A model generated the notes under the pieces. That model searched no databases and was not told the DNA's origin. It saw nothing but the letters and a program-made list of their open reading frames with translations. Positions 36,405 through 45,855 of a stretch of DNA of 64,000 bases are shown piece after piece. Within the stretch, counting starts at the first letter, position 1, and each line of letters opens with the position of its first letter. This stretch comes from a virus. The stretch lies in IMG/VR virus record IMGVR_UViG_3300012953_000015, positions 64,001 to 128,000 of that record; one strand, 5' to 3'. Made by a program: the position numbers and the translations under genes.

Positions 36405-37598
36405 ATGGCAAAAAGAAAATCAAAAAATCAGACCGATGATTTTACTAGCGATCTAATATCATCTTTGAATAAAGAGCATGGTTCTAAGGTTGCTTATAAT
36501 TTGCATACTGATTCATCACCAACACATGTAAAGAGGTGGGTCAGTACCGGTTCTAAGCAGCTTGATTATCTTATTTCTAATAAGAGAGATGGCGGTTTGC
36601 CAGAGGGGAGGATCGTTGAAATATTCGGTCCTCCCTCTATCGGAAAATCTCACATAGCTATTCAAATTGCTAGATCAACCCAGCAACTTGGTGGCATTGT
36701 TGTTTACATTGATACTGAAAATGCAACTAGTGTTGAGAATTTAGCTTTACTTGGAGTAGACATTACTAAAAGATTTGTCTACGTTGATACGCATTGTACA
36801 GAAGAAGTTCTTTCTATTGCTGAATCTACTATTTTAAAAGCTAAAGCAATGGATAAAGATGTTCCTATCACGATAATCTGGGATTCTGTCGCTGCTTCTT
36901 CGCCAAAGGCAGAGTTGGTAGGCGATTATGATCAGAATTCTATCGGCCTACAGGCTAGGGCAATCTCGAAAGGTATGAGAAAAATCACTGGAGTTATAGG
37001 ACAGACTAACACTCTGTTGATTTGTCTAAACCAGATTAGGACAAATATCGGCGTCATGTATGGAGATCCAACAACGACTCCTGGCGGCAAGGCGATACCT
37101 TTTCATTCTTCTGTAAGAATAAAGCTTGGTGCTGGTCAAAAGATTGAAAATAAAAAGAAAGAAGTCATAGGAATCAATGTTTCTGCGAAAACTATAAAAA
37201 ACAAAGTAGCTCCACCTTTCAGGTCGTGTAATTTTGAAATACATTTTGGAAAAGGAATACAAGAGTTTGAGCAAGTTTTTGATGAATTAAGAAAATTTGG
37301 TTCTGCTGAAATTTCTGGAAATAAAGTTGAGCTAGCTGGAACTGGAGCTTGGAAAACTCTTTTAGTTTCAAGCTTGAAAACAGGCGAAGTAACTATAGAG
37401 AAGAAATTCTATAAAGCAGATTTCGGTGACGTTTGGTCTAACCCTGAATACAGAACTTATATTGACGATCTTTTAGAAGCTGCTATGGTAAGAAAAATGT
37501 CTAATCCTGAAAATTTAGATATTGATGCTGAATCTTATGAAGAAGTTAGATCTATTTCTATGGAAATGTCTGACGAGTTTATGGAACTTGATACGTGA
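36405..37598 (+). CDS. recA: RecA/UvsX recombinase
   Basis: GGLPEGRIVEIFGPPSIGKS, YIDTE, WDSVAA, NQIR, TTPGGKA, KNKVAPPF. Confidence 0.95.
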   Translation: MAKRKSKNQTDDFTSDLISSLNKEHGSKVAYNLHTDSSPTHVKRWVSTGSKQLDYLISNKRDGGLPEGRIVEIFGPPSIGKSHIAIQIARSTQQLGGIVVYIDTENATSVENLALLGVDITKRFVYVDTHCTEEVLSIAESTILKAKAMDKDVPITIIWDSVAASSPKAELVGDYDQNSIGLQARAISKGMRKITGVIGQTNTLLICLNQIRTNIGVMYGDPTTTPGGKAIPFHSSVRIKLGAGQKIENKKKEVIGINVSAKTIKNKVAPPFRSCNFEIHFGKGIQEFEQVFDELRKFGSAEISGNKVELAGTGAWKTLLVSSLKTGEVTIEKKFYKADFGDVWSNPEYRTYIDDLLEAAMVRKMSNPENLDIDAESYEEVRSISMEMSDEFMELDT

Positions 37599-38548
37599 AA
37601 CAAGAAGAGAAGCCTTTCCTTTTAATTGACTCTCTAAATCTTTTTACAAGACATTTTATTGCAAACCCGACGATGTCAATCAATGGAGACCATATTGGTG
37701 GTATCGTCGGGTTTTTAAAAGCTATACAGCTTCTTTGCGAACGTTTTTACCCAGAAGATGTTTTTGTTGTTTGGGAAGGAGGAGGTTCCCCTAGAAGAAG
37801 AAATATAGAATCTTCTTACAAAGATTCTCGTCGTCCTAAAAAACTTAATCGTTACTACGAAGATGATATACCCGACACTAAAGAAAATAGAAATTGGCAA
37901 ATATCAAAACTTATAAAACTTTTAAACTATGCAGGAATTAAGCAATTATATGTAGCTGATTGCGAAGCCGATGACGTGATAGGATACTTATGTAATGATG
38001 TCTTTAAAGAAAAGAAAAAGATCATAATATCATCTGATAAAGATCTATATCAACTGATAAATAAAAAAACGTTGCAGTGGTCTCCCGGGCAAAAGAAGAT
38101 AATATCAAGAGAGAAAGTTAAAGAAAAATTTGGAGTGTATCCAGAAAATTTTTGTTTAGTTAGAAGTTTTGTTGGAGATCCTTCTGATAACATCCGAGGA
38201 ATAAAAGGAGCTGGTTTCAAAAGCATCGTTAAAAGATTTCCGGAAATTAATGATAACAATTTAGTTATCGATGAATTAATTAAACTAGCAGAAGAAAAAA
38301 ATAAGTCAAGCAAACTTAAAATTTACGAGGAAATCAGCAAAAATCCTGATGTTCCTAAAAAGAATTGGAAACTTATGTACCTAGGCTTGAGGAATATTTC
38401 TGCTTTCCAAATTAGTAAAATAGACTCTTTTTTAGAGTCGAAAAAAAATAAAAAAAATAAATTATCATTTATGAGAGAACAATTACACATCGGCGTAAAT
38501 AATTTTGATATTGAGAGATTCTTTTTATCAATTAGGAATTTGAAATAA
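37595..38548 (+). CDS. 5'-3' exonuclease/flap endonuclease (T4 RNase H or Pol I N-terminal type)
   Basis: LIDSLN, YKDSR, EADDVIG, SSDKDLYQL, GDPSDNIRGIKGAG. Confidence 0.92.
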   Translation: MKQEEKPFLLIDSLNLFTRHFIANPTMSINGDHIGGIVGFLKAIQLLCERFYPEDVFVVWEGGGSPRRRNIESSYKDSRRPKKLNRYYEDDIPDTKENRNWQISKLIKLLNYAGIKQLYVADCEADDVIGYLCNDVFKEKKKIIISSDKDLYQLINKKTLQWSPGQKKIISREKVKEKFGVYPENFCLVRSFVGDPSDNIRGIKGAGFKSIVKRFPEINDNNLVIDELIKLAEEKNKSSKLKIYEEISKNPDVPKKNWKLMYLGLRNISAFQISKIDSFLESKKNKKNKLSFMREQLHIGVNNFDIERFFLSIRNLK

Positions 38549-39954
38549 TGGAAGAAACAAAATACGAAGGCAATGTTCTAGGTAACATTCCATCTGGTCA
38601 GTTTTCAAAGTACAACAAACAATTTCAAGAAAAAATATTTCAATCTTTAATGTCTGACAATGCATGGGCATGTCAGATGATCGAAGTGATGAGGGCTGAT
38701 TTTTTTGAAATTGTTTATTTAAAATTTCTGTGTGAAAAGTATTTCAACTACTACTTTAAATACAAATGTTTTCCAACCTCTCAACTTTTAGTTTCGATCA
38801 TTAAAGAATCATTCGAGGAAGAAAGTGATGATTTATTAAAGAATCAAGTAATAGAGTTTTTACATAGGGTGAAGAAAAATCCCCACCCTGGAGATTTAGC
38901 TTATGTTAAAGAAAAAATTTTAGATTTTTGTAAGAGGCAAGCATTTAAAGAAGCTTTAGAAAAATCCGTTGAGCTTATTTCAGAGGATAAATTTGATCAT
39001 GTTTTAACCCTTATGAAGAATGCAGTATCTATAGGATTACCAAACACTGCAGGCCATGATTTTTTTGAAGATATTGAAGCTAGATTTATTAAAATAAACA
39101 GAGCAGTATGCCCTTCGGGTATACCTCAGCTAGATGCACCGGATATTTTAAATGGTGGACTTGGTCGAGGAGAAATCGGAATTGTTACAGCGAATACCGG
39201 CGTTGGTAAGTCTCATTGGCTAGTTGCCATGGGCGCAAACGCAATGAGGGTTGGTAAGAATGTTCTTCATTATACTTTTGAATTAACTGAACAAGCTGTT
39301 GGTTTAAGGTACGATTCAAATCTTTGCAACATTAATTCTTCCGAAGTGATTAACCAAAAAGATAGAGTTATTGATTTTTATGAAAAAAATTCTGATTTAG
39401 GAAGATTGATTATAAAAGAATATCCTACCAATTCTGCTTCTGTAGTGACAATTCGGAATCATATTGACAAATTGCTGTTACGAGGATTCAAACCAAATGT
39501 TTTAATAATTGATTATGCTGATATAATGAGATCTACAAGAGCTTATGATTCGCTGAGGCATGAACTTAAATTGATATATGAAGAATTAAGAAATTTAGCG
39601 ATGGAAATGAATATTCCTATTTGGACTGCTTCCCAAGCAAATCGCGATTCTTCAAATTCAGAAATTGTTGGATTAGAAAACATGTCTGAAGCTTATGGCA
39701 AAGCTATGGTAGCCGATTTCGTTGTAACTTTATCAAGAAAGCCGATGGAAAAAGCTACAGGTTCTGGCAGACTATTTGTCGCTAAAAATCGTGCTGGAAA
39801 AGACGGAATTGTTTTTCCAATTCAAATTGATACTAGCATGTCTAAGATAGAAGTTTTAAACGAAGAAGTACAAACGCTAGCTGAAGCTAATCAGAGCGAT
39901 CAAAAAGAGCTGAAAGAGACTCTTAAGAAAAAGTGGGATGAACTGAAAAGGTAA
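38548..39954 (+). CDS. Replicative DNA helicase (gp41/DnaB family)
   Basis: GGLGRGE..ANTGVGKS, IKEYPT, IDYADIM, WTASQANR, KNRAG. Confidence 0.92.
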   Translation: MEETKYEGNVLGNIPSGQFSKYNKQFQEKIFQSLMSDNAWACQMIEVMRADFFEIVYLKFLCEKYFNYYFKYKCFPTSQLLVSIIKESFEEESDDLLKNQVIEFLHRVKKNPHPGDLAYVKEKILDFCKRQAFKEALEKSVELISEDKFDHVLTLMKNAVSIGLPNTAGHDFFEDIEARFIKINRAVCPSGIPQLDAPDILNGGLGRGEIGIVTANTGVGKSHWLVAMGANAMRVGKNVLHYTFELTEQAVGLRYDSNLCNINSSEVINQKDRVIDFYEKNSDLGRLIIKEYPTNSASVVTIRNHIDKLLLRGFKPNVLIIDYADIMRSTRAYDSLRHELKLIYEELRNLAMEMNIPIWTASQANRDSSNSEIVGLENMSEAYGKAMVADFVVTLSRKPMEKATGSGRLFVAKNRAGKDGIVFPIQIDTSMSKIEVLNEEVQTLAEANQSDQKELKETLKKKWDELKR

Positions 39955-39959
39955 TTAAA

Positions 39960-42425
39960 ATGTATACGTTTGATCAAGTAATGAAAGCAAGCACCAAGTA
40001 TTTTGGTGGAGATGAATTAGCAGCCAGCGTATTTGCGACTAAATATGCTTTAGTTTCTAAGAACGGAAGTTATCTAGAGCAAACTCCAGATGATATGCAC
40101 AAGAGAATTGCATCAGAATTTGCTAGAATTGAATCAAAGTATGACAATCCAATGAGTGAAGAAGAGATTTATTCTCTGCTTAAGGACTTTAAATTTGTAG
40201 TCCCTCAAGGTTCTCCTATGTCGGGAATCGGAAACAATGGCCAAATTCAATCTTTGTCCAACTGTTTTGTTGTAGAATCTCCCCACGATTCTTACGGTGG
40301 TATTTTAAAGACCGATCAAGAGCAAGTACAGATTATGAAGAGAAGAGGGGGCGTAGGTTTTGATATTTCTTCTATTCGCCCGAAAGGTTTAAACACATCA
40401 AATGCAGCTAAAACCACCGACGGCATCGGTGTTTTTATGGAGAGGTTTTCGAACAGTTGCAGAGAGGTAGCTCAAGGTGGCAGAAGAGGGGCTTTGATGT
40501 TAACGATCAGTGTTCATCATCCAGACATCGAAACGTTTGTTAACATCAAAAGAGACCTCTCAAAAGTAACCGGAGCTAACATATCAATAAGGCTGTCAGA
40601 TGAATTTATGACGGCAGTGGAAAAGAGCGAAGATTTTGAATTAAGGTTTCCCGTAGAGGGAAATGGAGAGAAGATAGTTTCTAAATTAGTTGATGCTTCT
40701 GAACTTTGGGACCAGATTATAGAATCTGCTCACAGTTCTGCTGAGCCTGGATTACTTTTTTGGGATAATGTTTTAAATTTCACTCCAGCTCAAGCTTATG
40801 AAGATGATGGCTTTAATACAGTCAGTACAAACCCTTGCAGCGAAATTACTCTGTCAGCATACGACAGTTGTCGACTTTTACTTTTGAATTTAACTTCTTT
40901 TGTTAAAAATCCATTTTCCGAAAAGCCATCTTTTGATTACGAACTTTTTAATATTTACACTCAAAAAGCTCAGCGTTTGATGGATGATTTGATTGATTTA
41001 GAAATGGAGTGTGTCGACAAAATTATTTCTAAAGTAGAGTCTGATCCAGAGCCAGAACCCGTTAAAAGAAGCGAGCTCGAACTCTGGAAAAAGATTAAAA
41101 AAGCTGCTCAGAATGGCAGAAGGACTGGTTTAGGAGTAACTGGTTTAGGAGATACTTTAGCTATGATGAACTTGATTTACGGTAGTCAAGAAAGCGTTTC
41201 TGAAACCGAAAAGATTTACCAAACTCTTTGTTTGTCTTCTTACGAATCTTCCTGCAAGCTAGCGAAAGAGAGAGGTTCTTTTCCAGTTTATGATTTCGAT
41301 AAAGAAAAAAATCACCCATTTATTCAAAGAATATTTGAAGCCAGTCCAGAAATTAGAGAAATGCATTCTAAATTTGGTCGAAGAAATATAGCTATAACAA
41401 CTACTGCACCATGCGGAAGTGTTTCTATGCTGACCCAGACAACTTCTGGAATCGAGCCGGCTTTCATGTTGAAATACACTAGAAGAAAGAAAGTTAATCC
41501 TAACGACCCTACAGCTACGATAGACTTTATTGATGATCTCGGAGATAAGTGGCAAGAATTTATAGTTTATCATCACGGTTTTGAAAGTTGGATGAATAAA
41601 ACTGGGTTGAATGAAGCAGAAGATAGTCCATATCATTTAGCAACTGCTAATGAGATCAACTGGGAATCAGCTGTAGACGTTCAAGCGGCTGCTCAACGAT
41701 GGGTTTGCCATGCGATAAGTAAAACAATCAACCTGCCTAACGATGTCTCAATAGAAGATGTTAAAAAAGTATATTGGAGAGGGTGGAAGCAAGGATTAAA
41801 AGGAGTAACTGTATATCGCGATGGATGCAGGTCTGGAGTTTTAGTAAGCACTGAACAAAAACAGAACGATTCTTTTGATACAGTCAATGCTCCAAAGCGT
41901 CCAGAAACTCTTGTTTGCGAAATTCACAGGGCTCAAATCAAAGGAGAAGCTTGGACAATTCTCGTTGGCATGATGGATGGTCGTCCTTATGAAGTTCTAG
42001 GCGGAAAGTCGGAATTCATTGAGATACCTTCAACTTACAATGAAGGAAAAATATCTAAAAGAAAAAGAAAAACTATGCCTTCTAAATATGACTTGCATTT
42101 TGGAGAAAATGGAAGTGAAGTGGTCGTGAAAGACATAGTGAAAGTTTTTGACAATCCAGATTATGCCGGTTTTACTAGGGTGATATCTCTGGCTCTGAGG
42201 CACGGAGCCCCAATACAATATATCGTAGAACAATTGCAAAAAGATAGAGATGCTCATTTGTTTTCTTTTGCAAGAGTTGTATCTAGGGTGTTAAAAAAAT
42301 ATATAAATGATGGAACAATTCCAGGTGGTAGTAAAGTTTGCCCCGAATGTGGAGCTGAAGATTCTCTAAAATATCAAGAGGGTTGTGTAGCGTGTACGGC
42401 TTGCGGATATTCCAAATGTTCTTAA
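39960..42425 (+). CDS. nrdJ: Class II (B12-dependent) ribonucleotide reductase
   Basis: SLSNCFV, RRGGVG, QGGRRGALM, TNPCSEI, RRTGLG, SGIEP, KGVTVYRDG; C-terminal CPEC..EGC..C..CG.SKC; no beta-subunit gene adjacent. Confidence 0.88.
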   Translation: MYTFDQVMKASTKYFGGDELAASVFATKYALVSKNGSYLEQTPDDMHKRIASEFARIESKYDNPMSEEEIYSLLKDFKFVVPQGSPMSGIGNNGQIQSLSNCFVVESPHDSYGGILKTDQEQVQIMKRRGGVGFDISSIRPKGLNTSNAAKTTDGIGVFMERFSNSCREVAQGGRRGALMLTISVHHPDIETFVNIKRDLSKVTGANISIRLSDEFMTAVEKSEDFELRFPVEGNGEKIVSKLVDASELWDQIIESAHSSAEPGLLFWDNVLNFTPAQAYEDDGFNTVSTNPCSEITLSAYDSCRLLLLNLTSFVKNPFSEKPSFDYELFNIYTQKAQRLMDDLIDLEMECVDKIISKVESDPEPEPVKRSELELWKKIKKAAQNGRRTGLGVTGLGDTLAMMNLIYGSQESVSETEKIYQTLCLSSYESSCKLAKERGSFPVYDFDKEKNHPFIQRIFEASPEIREMHSKFGRRNIAITTTAPCGSVSMLTQTTSGIEPAFMLKYTRRKKVNPNDPTATIDFIDDLGDKWQEFIVYHHGFESWMNKTGLNEAEDSPYHLATANEINWESAVDVQAAAQRWVCHAISKTINLPNDVSIEDVKKVYWRGWKQGLKGVTVYRDGCRSGVLVSTEQKQNDSFDTVNAPKRPETLVCEIHRAQIKGEAWTILVGMMDGRPYEVLGGKSEFIEIPSTYNEGKISKRKRKTMPSKYDLHFGENGSEVVVKDIVKVFDNPDYAGFTRVISLALRHGAPIQYIVEQLQKDRDAHLFSFARVVSRVLKKYINDGTIPGGSKVCPECGAEDSLKYQEGCVACTACGYSKCS

Positions 42426-42438
42426 GGAGAAAACAAAA

Positions 42439-43041
42439 TTGAAATGGACAACAAAAGTATCGCCTTTGATCAAAGAAGTAGAAATGAGAAACAACCCAGT
42501 TATTGTGAGGGTTAATAAATTTGATGAAGAATCGGCCAAAAAGTTTGATCAAGACATTGCTCGTGCTCATAATTCTGGCCAAAAAGTAATCCCTGTTGTG
42601 ATCGATTCCTATGGGGGTCAAGTTTATAGTTTAATGTCAATGATTTCAGCTATCAAACATTCAGAGATTCCTATCGCAACTATCGTAGAAGGAAAAGCTA
42701 TGAGTTGCGGCGCGATTTTATTCTCTTTTGGAGAAGAAGGTCTTAGATTTATGGACCCATATGCAACTGTTATGATACATGATGTTAGCTCTATGGATTT
42801 TGGTAAAGTAGAAGAGTTGAAAGCTGGAGCAGCAGAAGCGGATAGATTAAACAAAAAGATCTATACAATGATGGCTAGAAACTGTGGAAAAAAAGATGAT
42901 TATTTTATGAAGATTGTCGATAAGAAAAAGCACGCAGACTGGTTTTTAGAAGCAGATGAAGCAAAAAAGCATGGTCTAGCTAATCAATTAAGAGTTCCTA
43001 AGATCACTATAGAAGTAAAGGTTGACATAGAGCTAGAATAA
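42439..43041 (+). CDS. clpP: ClpP-like serine protease
   Basis: IDSYGG, GKAMSCG (Ser), VMIH (His), DWF.EA.EA...GL; TTG start with SD AAGGAG. Confidence 0.85.
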   Translation: MKWTTKVSPLIKEVEMRNNPVIVRVNKFDEESAKKFDQDIARAHNSGQKVIPVVIDSYGGQVYSLMSMISAIKHSEIPIATIVEGKAMSCGAILFSFGEEGLRFMDPYATVMIHDVSSMDFGKVEELKAGAAEADRLNKKIYTMMARNCGKKDDYFMKIVDKKKHADWFLEADEAKKHGLANQLRVPKITIEVKVDIELE

Positions 43042-43757
43042 TGTGGGTTTGCTATTTCAAAAACGCAGGTGACAGTAGCAGTATTTATCGCTACAGAACA
43101 GAGTATATTTCTCCCTCTTATATTAAAGAAAAAAAGAGTTACAATATAGAATCGATTGATTTTGAAGGAGAGAAATTTAACCCTTTGAAAATATATCAAC
43201 AAAGCGATAAAGAAATAATTTGTATAGTTGGAGAAAATTTTAAAGATAACTTTTTAGTAGATAATTTTTTATTTCCAACAATTGAGATTACTTTAAGACT
43301 CTGCTTAGATTCTGAAGAAGAAATTGATAGTAAATATTCAGAAGAAGGATACCCTCTTTGCGATTCAACGCATTATCAAATCTCAAGGGATCTAGCTAAT
43401 TCTTTGAGGCAAGTGGGAATAAAAGTAGTCGGATATAAACAAATGCAAGAAAAATATCTTCAAATTAAAATATCGGCAGATACTATGCAAGAGTGCATCA
43501 TCGATGCTGAGTTTTGTAGATTTTTTTCAACAGCTATTTTTAGAAATGTTCTTGGAAAATTTGTTACGCCAAGAAAGAAATTGAATGGTTCAATAAAAGT
43601 TACTTTTGGAAAGAAAGATAAATTAGAAAAAATTAAAAATGAAAATTTAGTAGAAAAAATAAGCTACAGCGAAGATAGTATTGAGTTATCTTTTGACAAG
43701 CCAGACTTGAATATTTTAAGGAAAATACCCGAAGTTTTATCTCTTGAAAATGCATAG
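43041..43757 (+). CDS. Hypothetical protein
   Basis: Translationally coupled ORF, no recognised motif. Confidence 0.5.
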   Translation: MWVCYFKNAGDSSSIYRYRTEYISPSYIKEKKSYNIESIDFEGEKFNPLKIYQQSDKEIICIVGENFKDNFLVDNFLFPTIEITLRLCLDSEEEIDSKYSEEGYPLCDSTHYQISRDLANSLRQVGIKVVGYKQMQEKYLQIKISADTMQECIIDAEFCRFFSTAIFRNVLGKFVTPRKKLNGSIKVTFGKKDKLEKIKNENLVEKISYSEDSIELSFDKPDLNILRKIPEVLSLENA

Positions 43758-43765
43758 TTATTATC

Positions 43766-43981
43766 ATGGGAAAATACGATCATTTAGAAGCTATGAGAAC
43801 TAAACTTGCAGCTAGGATGCGTAGCAAGAAAATAGGATCAGCTTTAGCTAATCTTTGGGTTGAATTTGACCAATGCTTAAAAGATTTTAAGCCTGACTGT
43901 AAAGAGAATGAAGAAGTAATTGCCAAGTTAAAAAGCATTCAGGCTAAAATCAGAGAAACTATGGGGGTTGAAGGAAATTAG
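43766..43981 (+). CDS. Hypothetical protein, probably a leaderless late gene
   Basis: ATG 5 nt after ATAGTTA. Confidence 0.5.
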   Translation: MGKYDHLEAMRTKLAARMRSKKIGSALANLWVEFDQCLKDFKPDCKENEEVIAKLKSIQAKIRETMGVEGN

Positions 43982-43982
43982 T

Positions 43983-44303
43983 ATGTCTGAGAATGGTTGG
44001 GCAGAATACTCAAAACTAGTCCTAAAAGAGCTAGAAACTCTTTCAACAGGGATTGAGTCTCTTAAGGATGAGATGCATGATATCAAGCAGGATATCGCTC
44101 TTCTCCGAGATAGAGAGGATAGAGTGACAGAGCTAAGGCAATGGAAAGAAAAAATAGATGAAATTGCTTCCCCAACTCAGCTTCAAACTCTTACAAACGA
44201 AGTTAAAGAATTAAAGATCTTTAAGACAAAAGCAATCACAATATTCGCAGTAGTTCAATTTTTCATGGTTTTCATTTCATGGGCAATGAAATTTGTAAGA
44301 TAA
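43983..44303 (+). CDS. Coiled-coil protein with a C-terminal transmembrane segment
   Basis: Heptad repeats, then AITIFAVVQFFMVFISW. Confidence 0.55.
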   Translation: MSENGWAEYSKLVLKELETLSTGIESLKDEMHDIKQDIALLRDREDRVTELRQWKEKIDEIASPTQLQTLTNEVKELKIFKTKAITIFAVVQFFMVFISWAMKFVR

Positions 44304-44304
44304 A

Positions 44305-45057
44305 ATGAAAAAATTTACAACTAGGTACATTAGTTACGCCGATGGAAATTATTCTGATTGGCAAAAACAAATGGTAATTCATATCAAAAAAAATAAGATA
44401 TTTGACTCAACTGTTACTTATAATAGGGAATGGTTGACAAGCACAGATTTCTATAAAAATAATCAAAAAATACTTGATATGAAAAGAGGCGCTGGTTACT
44501 GGCTTTGGAAACCTTACATCATTTTAGAGAACTTAAAACTTCTCGGAGATAATGAAATATTAGTTTATATGGACGTTGGCGATCGTCCAGAAAAAGGTTT
44601 TTATAACTTTCTAGAAAATTGGTTTAGTGAAAAAGATATTCTTTTAACTACGGGCGGAAATAACAGTCGTAGAATGTGTAAAAGAGACGCTTTAGTTTTA
44701 ATGAATTGTGATGAAGAAAAATATTGGGATGCTCCGCAAGTTGAAGCCGGCTTTGTAGCTTTAAGAAAAACAGACTTTAACCTGAAGTTTGTTGAACTTT
44801 GGTTAGAATTATGTAAAGATGAAAGGATTCTAACCGATATACCTAACGTTTGTGGAAAAGATAATTTTCCAGATTTTATAGAGCATCGTCACGATCAAAG
44901 TGTTCTCTCTTTACTGAAAACACGATTTGATATTTCTACAACTAATGATTTTGCTAGAAGCGATAAACCTAGGTTTGTTTTTTGGAATGTTAACGAACCA
45001 ACCAAAAATATTAAAGTTGGTGTCTCTATGTTAGGTGCAGCTAGAAAATTAAGTTAA
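44305..45057 (+). CDS. Putative glycosyltransferase-like protein
   Basis: RGAGYWLWKPYII, YMDVG, HRHDQSVLSLL motifs of GT-A-like proteins. Confidence 0.55.
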   Translation: MKKFTTRYISYADGNYSDWQKQMVIHIKKNKIFDSTVTYNREWLTSTDFYKNNQKILDMKRGAGYWLWKPYIILENLKLLGDNEILVYMDVGDRPEKGFYNFLENWFSEKDILLTTGGNNSRRMCKRDALVLMNCDEEKYWDAPQVEAGFVALRKTDFNLKFVELWLELCKDERILTDIPNVCGKDNFPDFIEHRHDQSVLSLLKTRFDISTTNDFARSDKPRFVFWNVNEPTKNIKVGVSMLGAARKLS

Positions 45058-45353
45058 TGATATATTGTTTTGATCTAGACAACACCCTCTGCAATACAAA
45101 AGAAAATTTTTATGAAGATTCTACTCCAATTGTTGAAAGAATTGAAGCTGTCAATAAGTTGCATGAAGCTGGTCACATAATAGTAATAGACACAGCAAGA
45201 GGAAGCGTCAGCGGAAAAAAATGGTGGAGATTCACTATTGAACAACTGAATTCCTGGGGTTTAAAATTTCACACCTTAAGAACTGGGGTAAAATTTCCTG
45301 CTGACATCTTTGTCGACGACAAAGGCTTTAACGATAAAGTCTTCTTTCCATAA
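45057..45353 (+). CDS. Small HAD phosphatase (capsule biosynthesis phosphatase type)
   Basis: FDLDNTL, TARG, K..ADIFVDDK. Confidence 0.8.
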   Translation: MIYCFDLDNTLCNTKENFYEDSTPIVERIEAVNKLHEAGHIIVIDTARGSVSGKKWWRFTIEQLNSWGLKFHTLRTGVKFPADIFVDDKGFNDKVFFP

Positions 45354-45378
45354 TTTCAACATTAGAAAAGGTAACTGA

Positions 45379-45855
45379 ATGTCTGACGATATCAAGAAAA
45401 AAGAGTATGAAAAAGCTATAAATCAAAAATTGTCTAAGTACGATATAAACCCGTTTATTTTAAACGACAAAAATCAAGTTTTACTTCAACAAAGGATATC
45501 CACTGTTATATTTGGCGGAAAATGGATAATGCCGGGTGGCAAAGTTTTTGATTTAGAGAGAATAGAATCAGCTTTAAAGAGAATGACAAAATTAAAAACT
45601 AATGCTGATATAATTTTTTACAACAAAGAATTAAACAGTTCTTTGATCGGGGTTTACGACGATCCATATAGAGACCCTAGAGAACATGTTGTTGGAATTA
45701 CTTTTGCATGTAAATATGTTGGGGGTGATTTAATCCCAGGCGGAAATAGTTCAAAAGTTCAATTTTTTGATATGGAAGATGCTTTAAAACTAGATTTAGG
45801 TTTTGGTCATGATTACATGATTAAGCACGCATATGAAAAGCTAGGAATCTCATGA
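45379..45855 (+). CDS. NUDIX hydrolase (degenerate Nudix box)
   Basis: W.MPGGKV...E.IESALKR, GVYDDP.RDPR.H, L.FGH; RE..EE replaced by RMTKLK. Confidence 0.7.
   Translation: MSDDIKKKEYEKAINQKLSKYDINPFILNDKNQVLLQQRISTVIFGGKWIMPGGKVFDLERIESALKRMTKLKTNADIIFYNKELNSSLIGVYDDPYRDPREHVVGITFACKYVGGDLIPGGNSSKVQFFDMEDALKLDLGFGHDYMIKHAYEKLGIS

Noticed and set aside
43983-44303. Holin call for the C-terminally anchored membrane protein
   Set aside because: No endolysin or spanin is adjacent; a single transmembrane segment is insufficient evidence.
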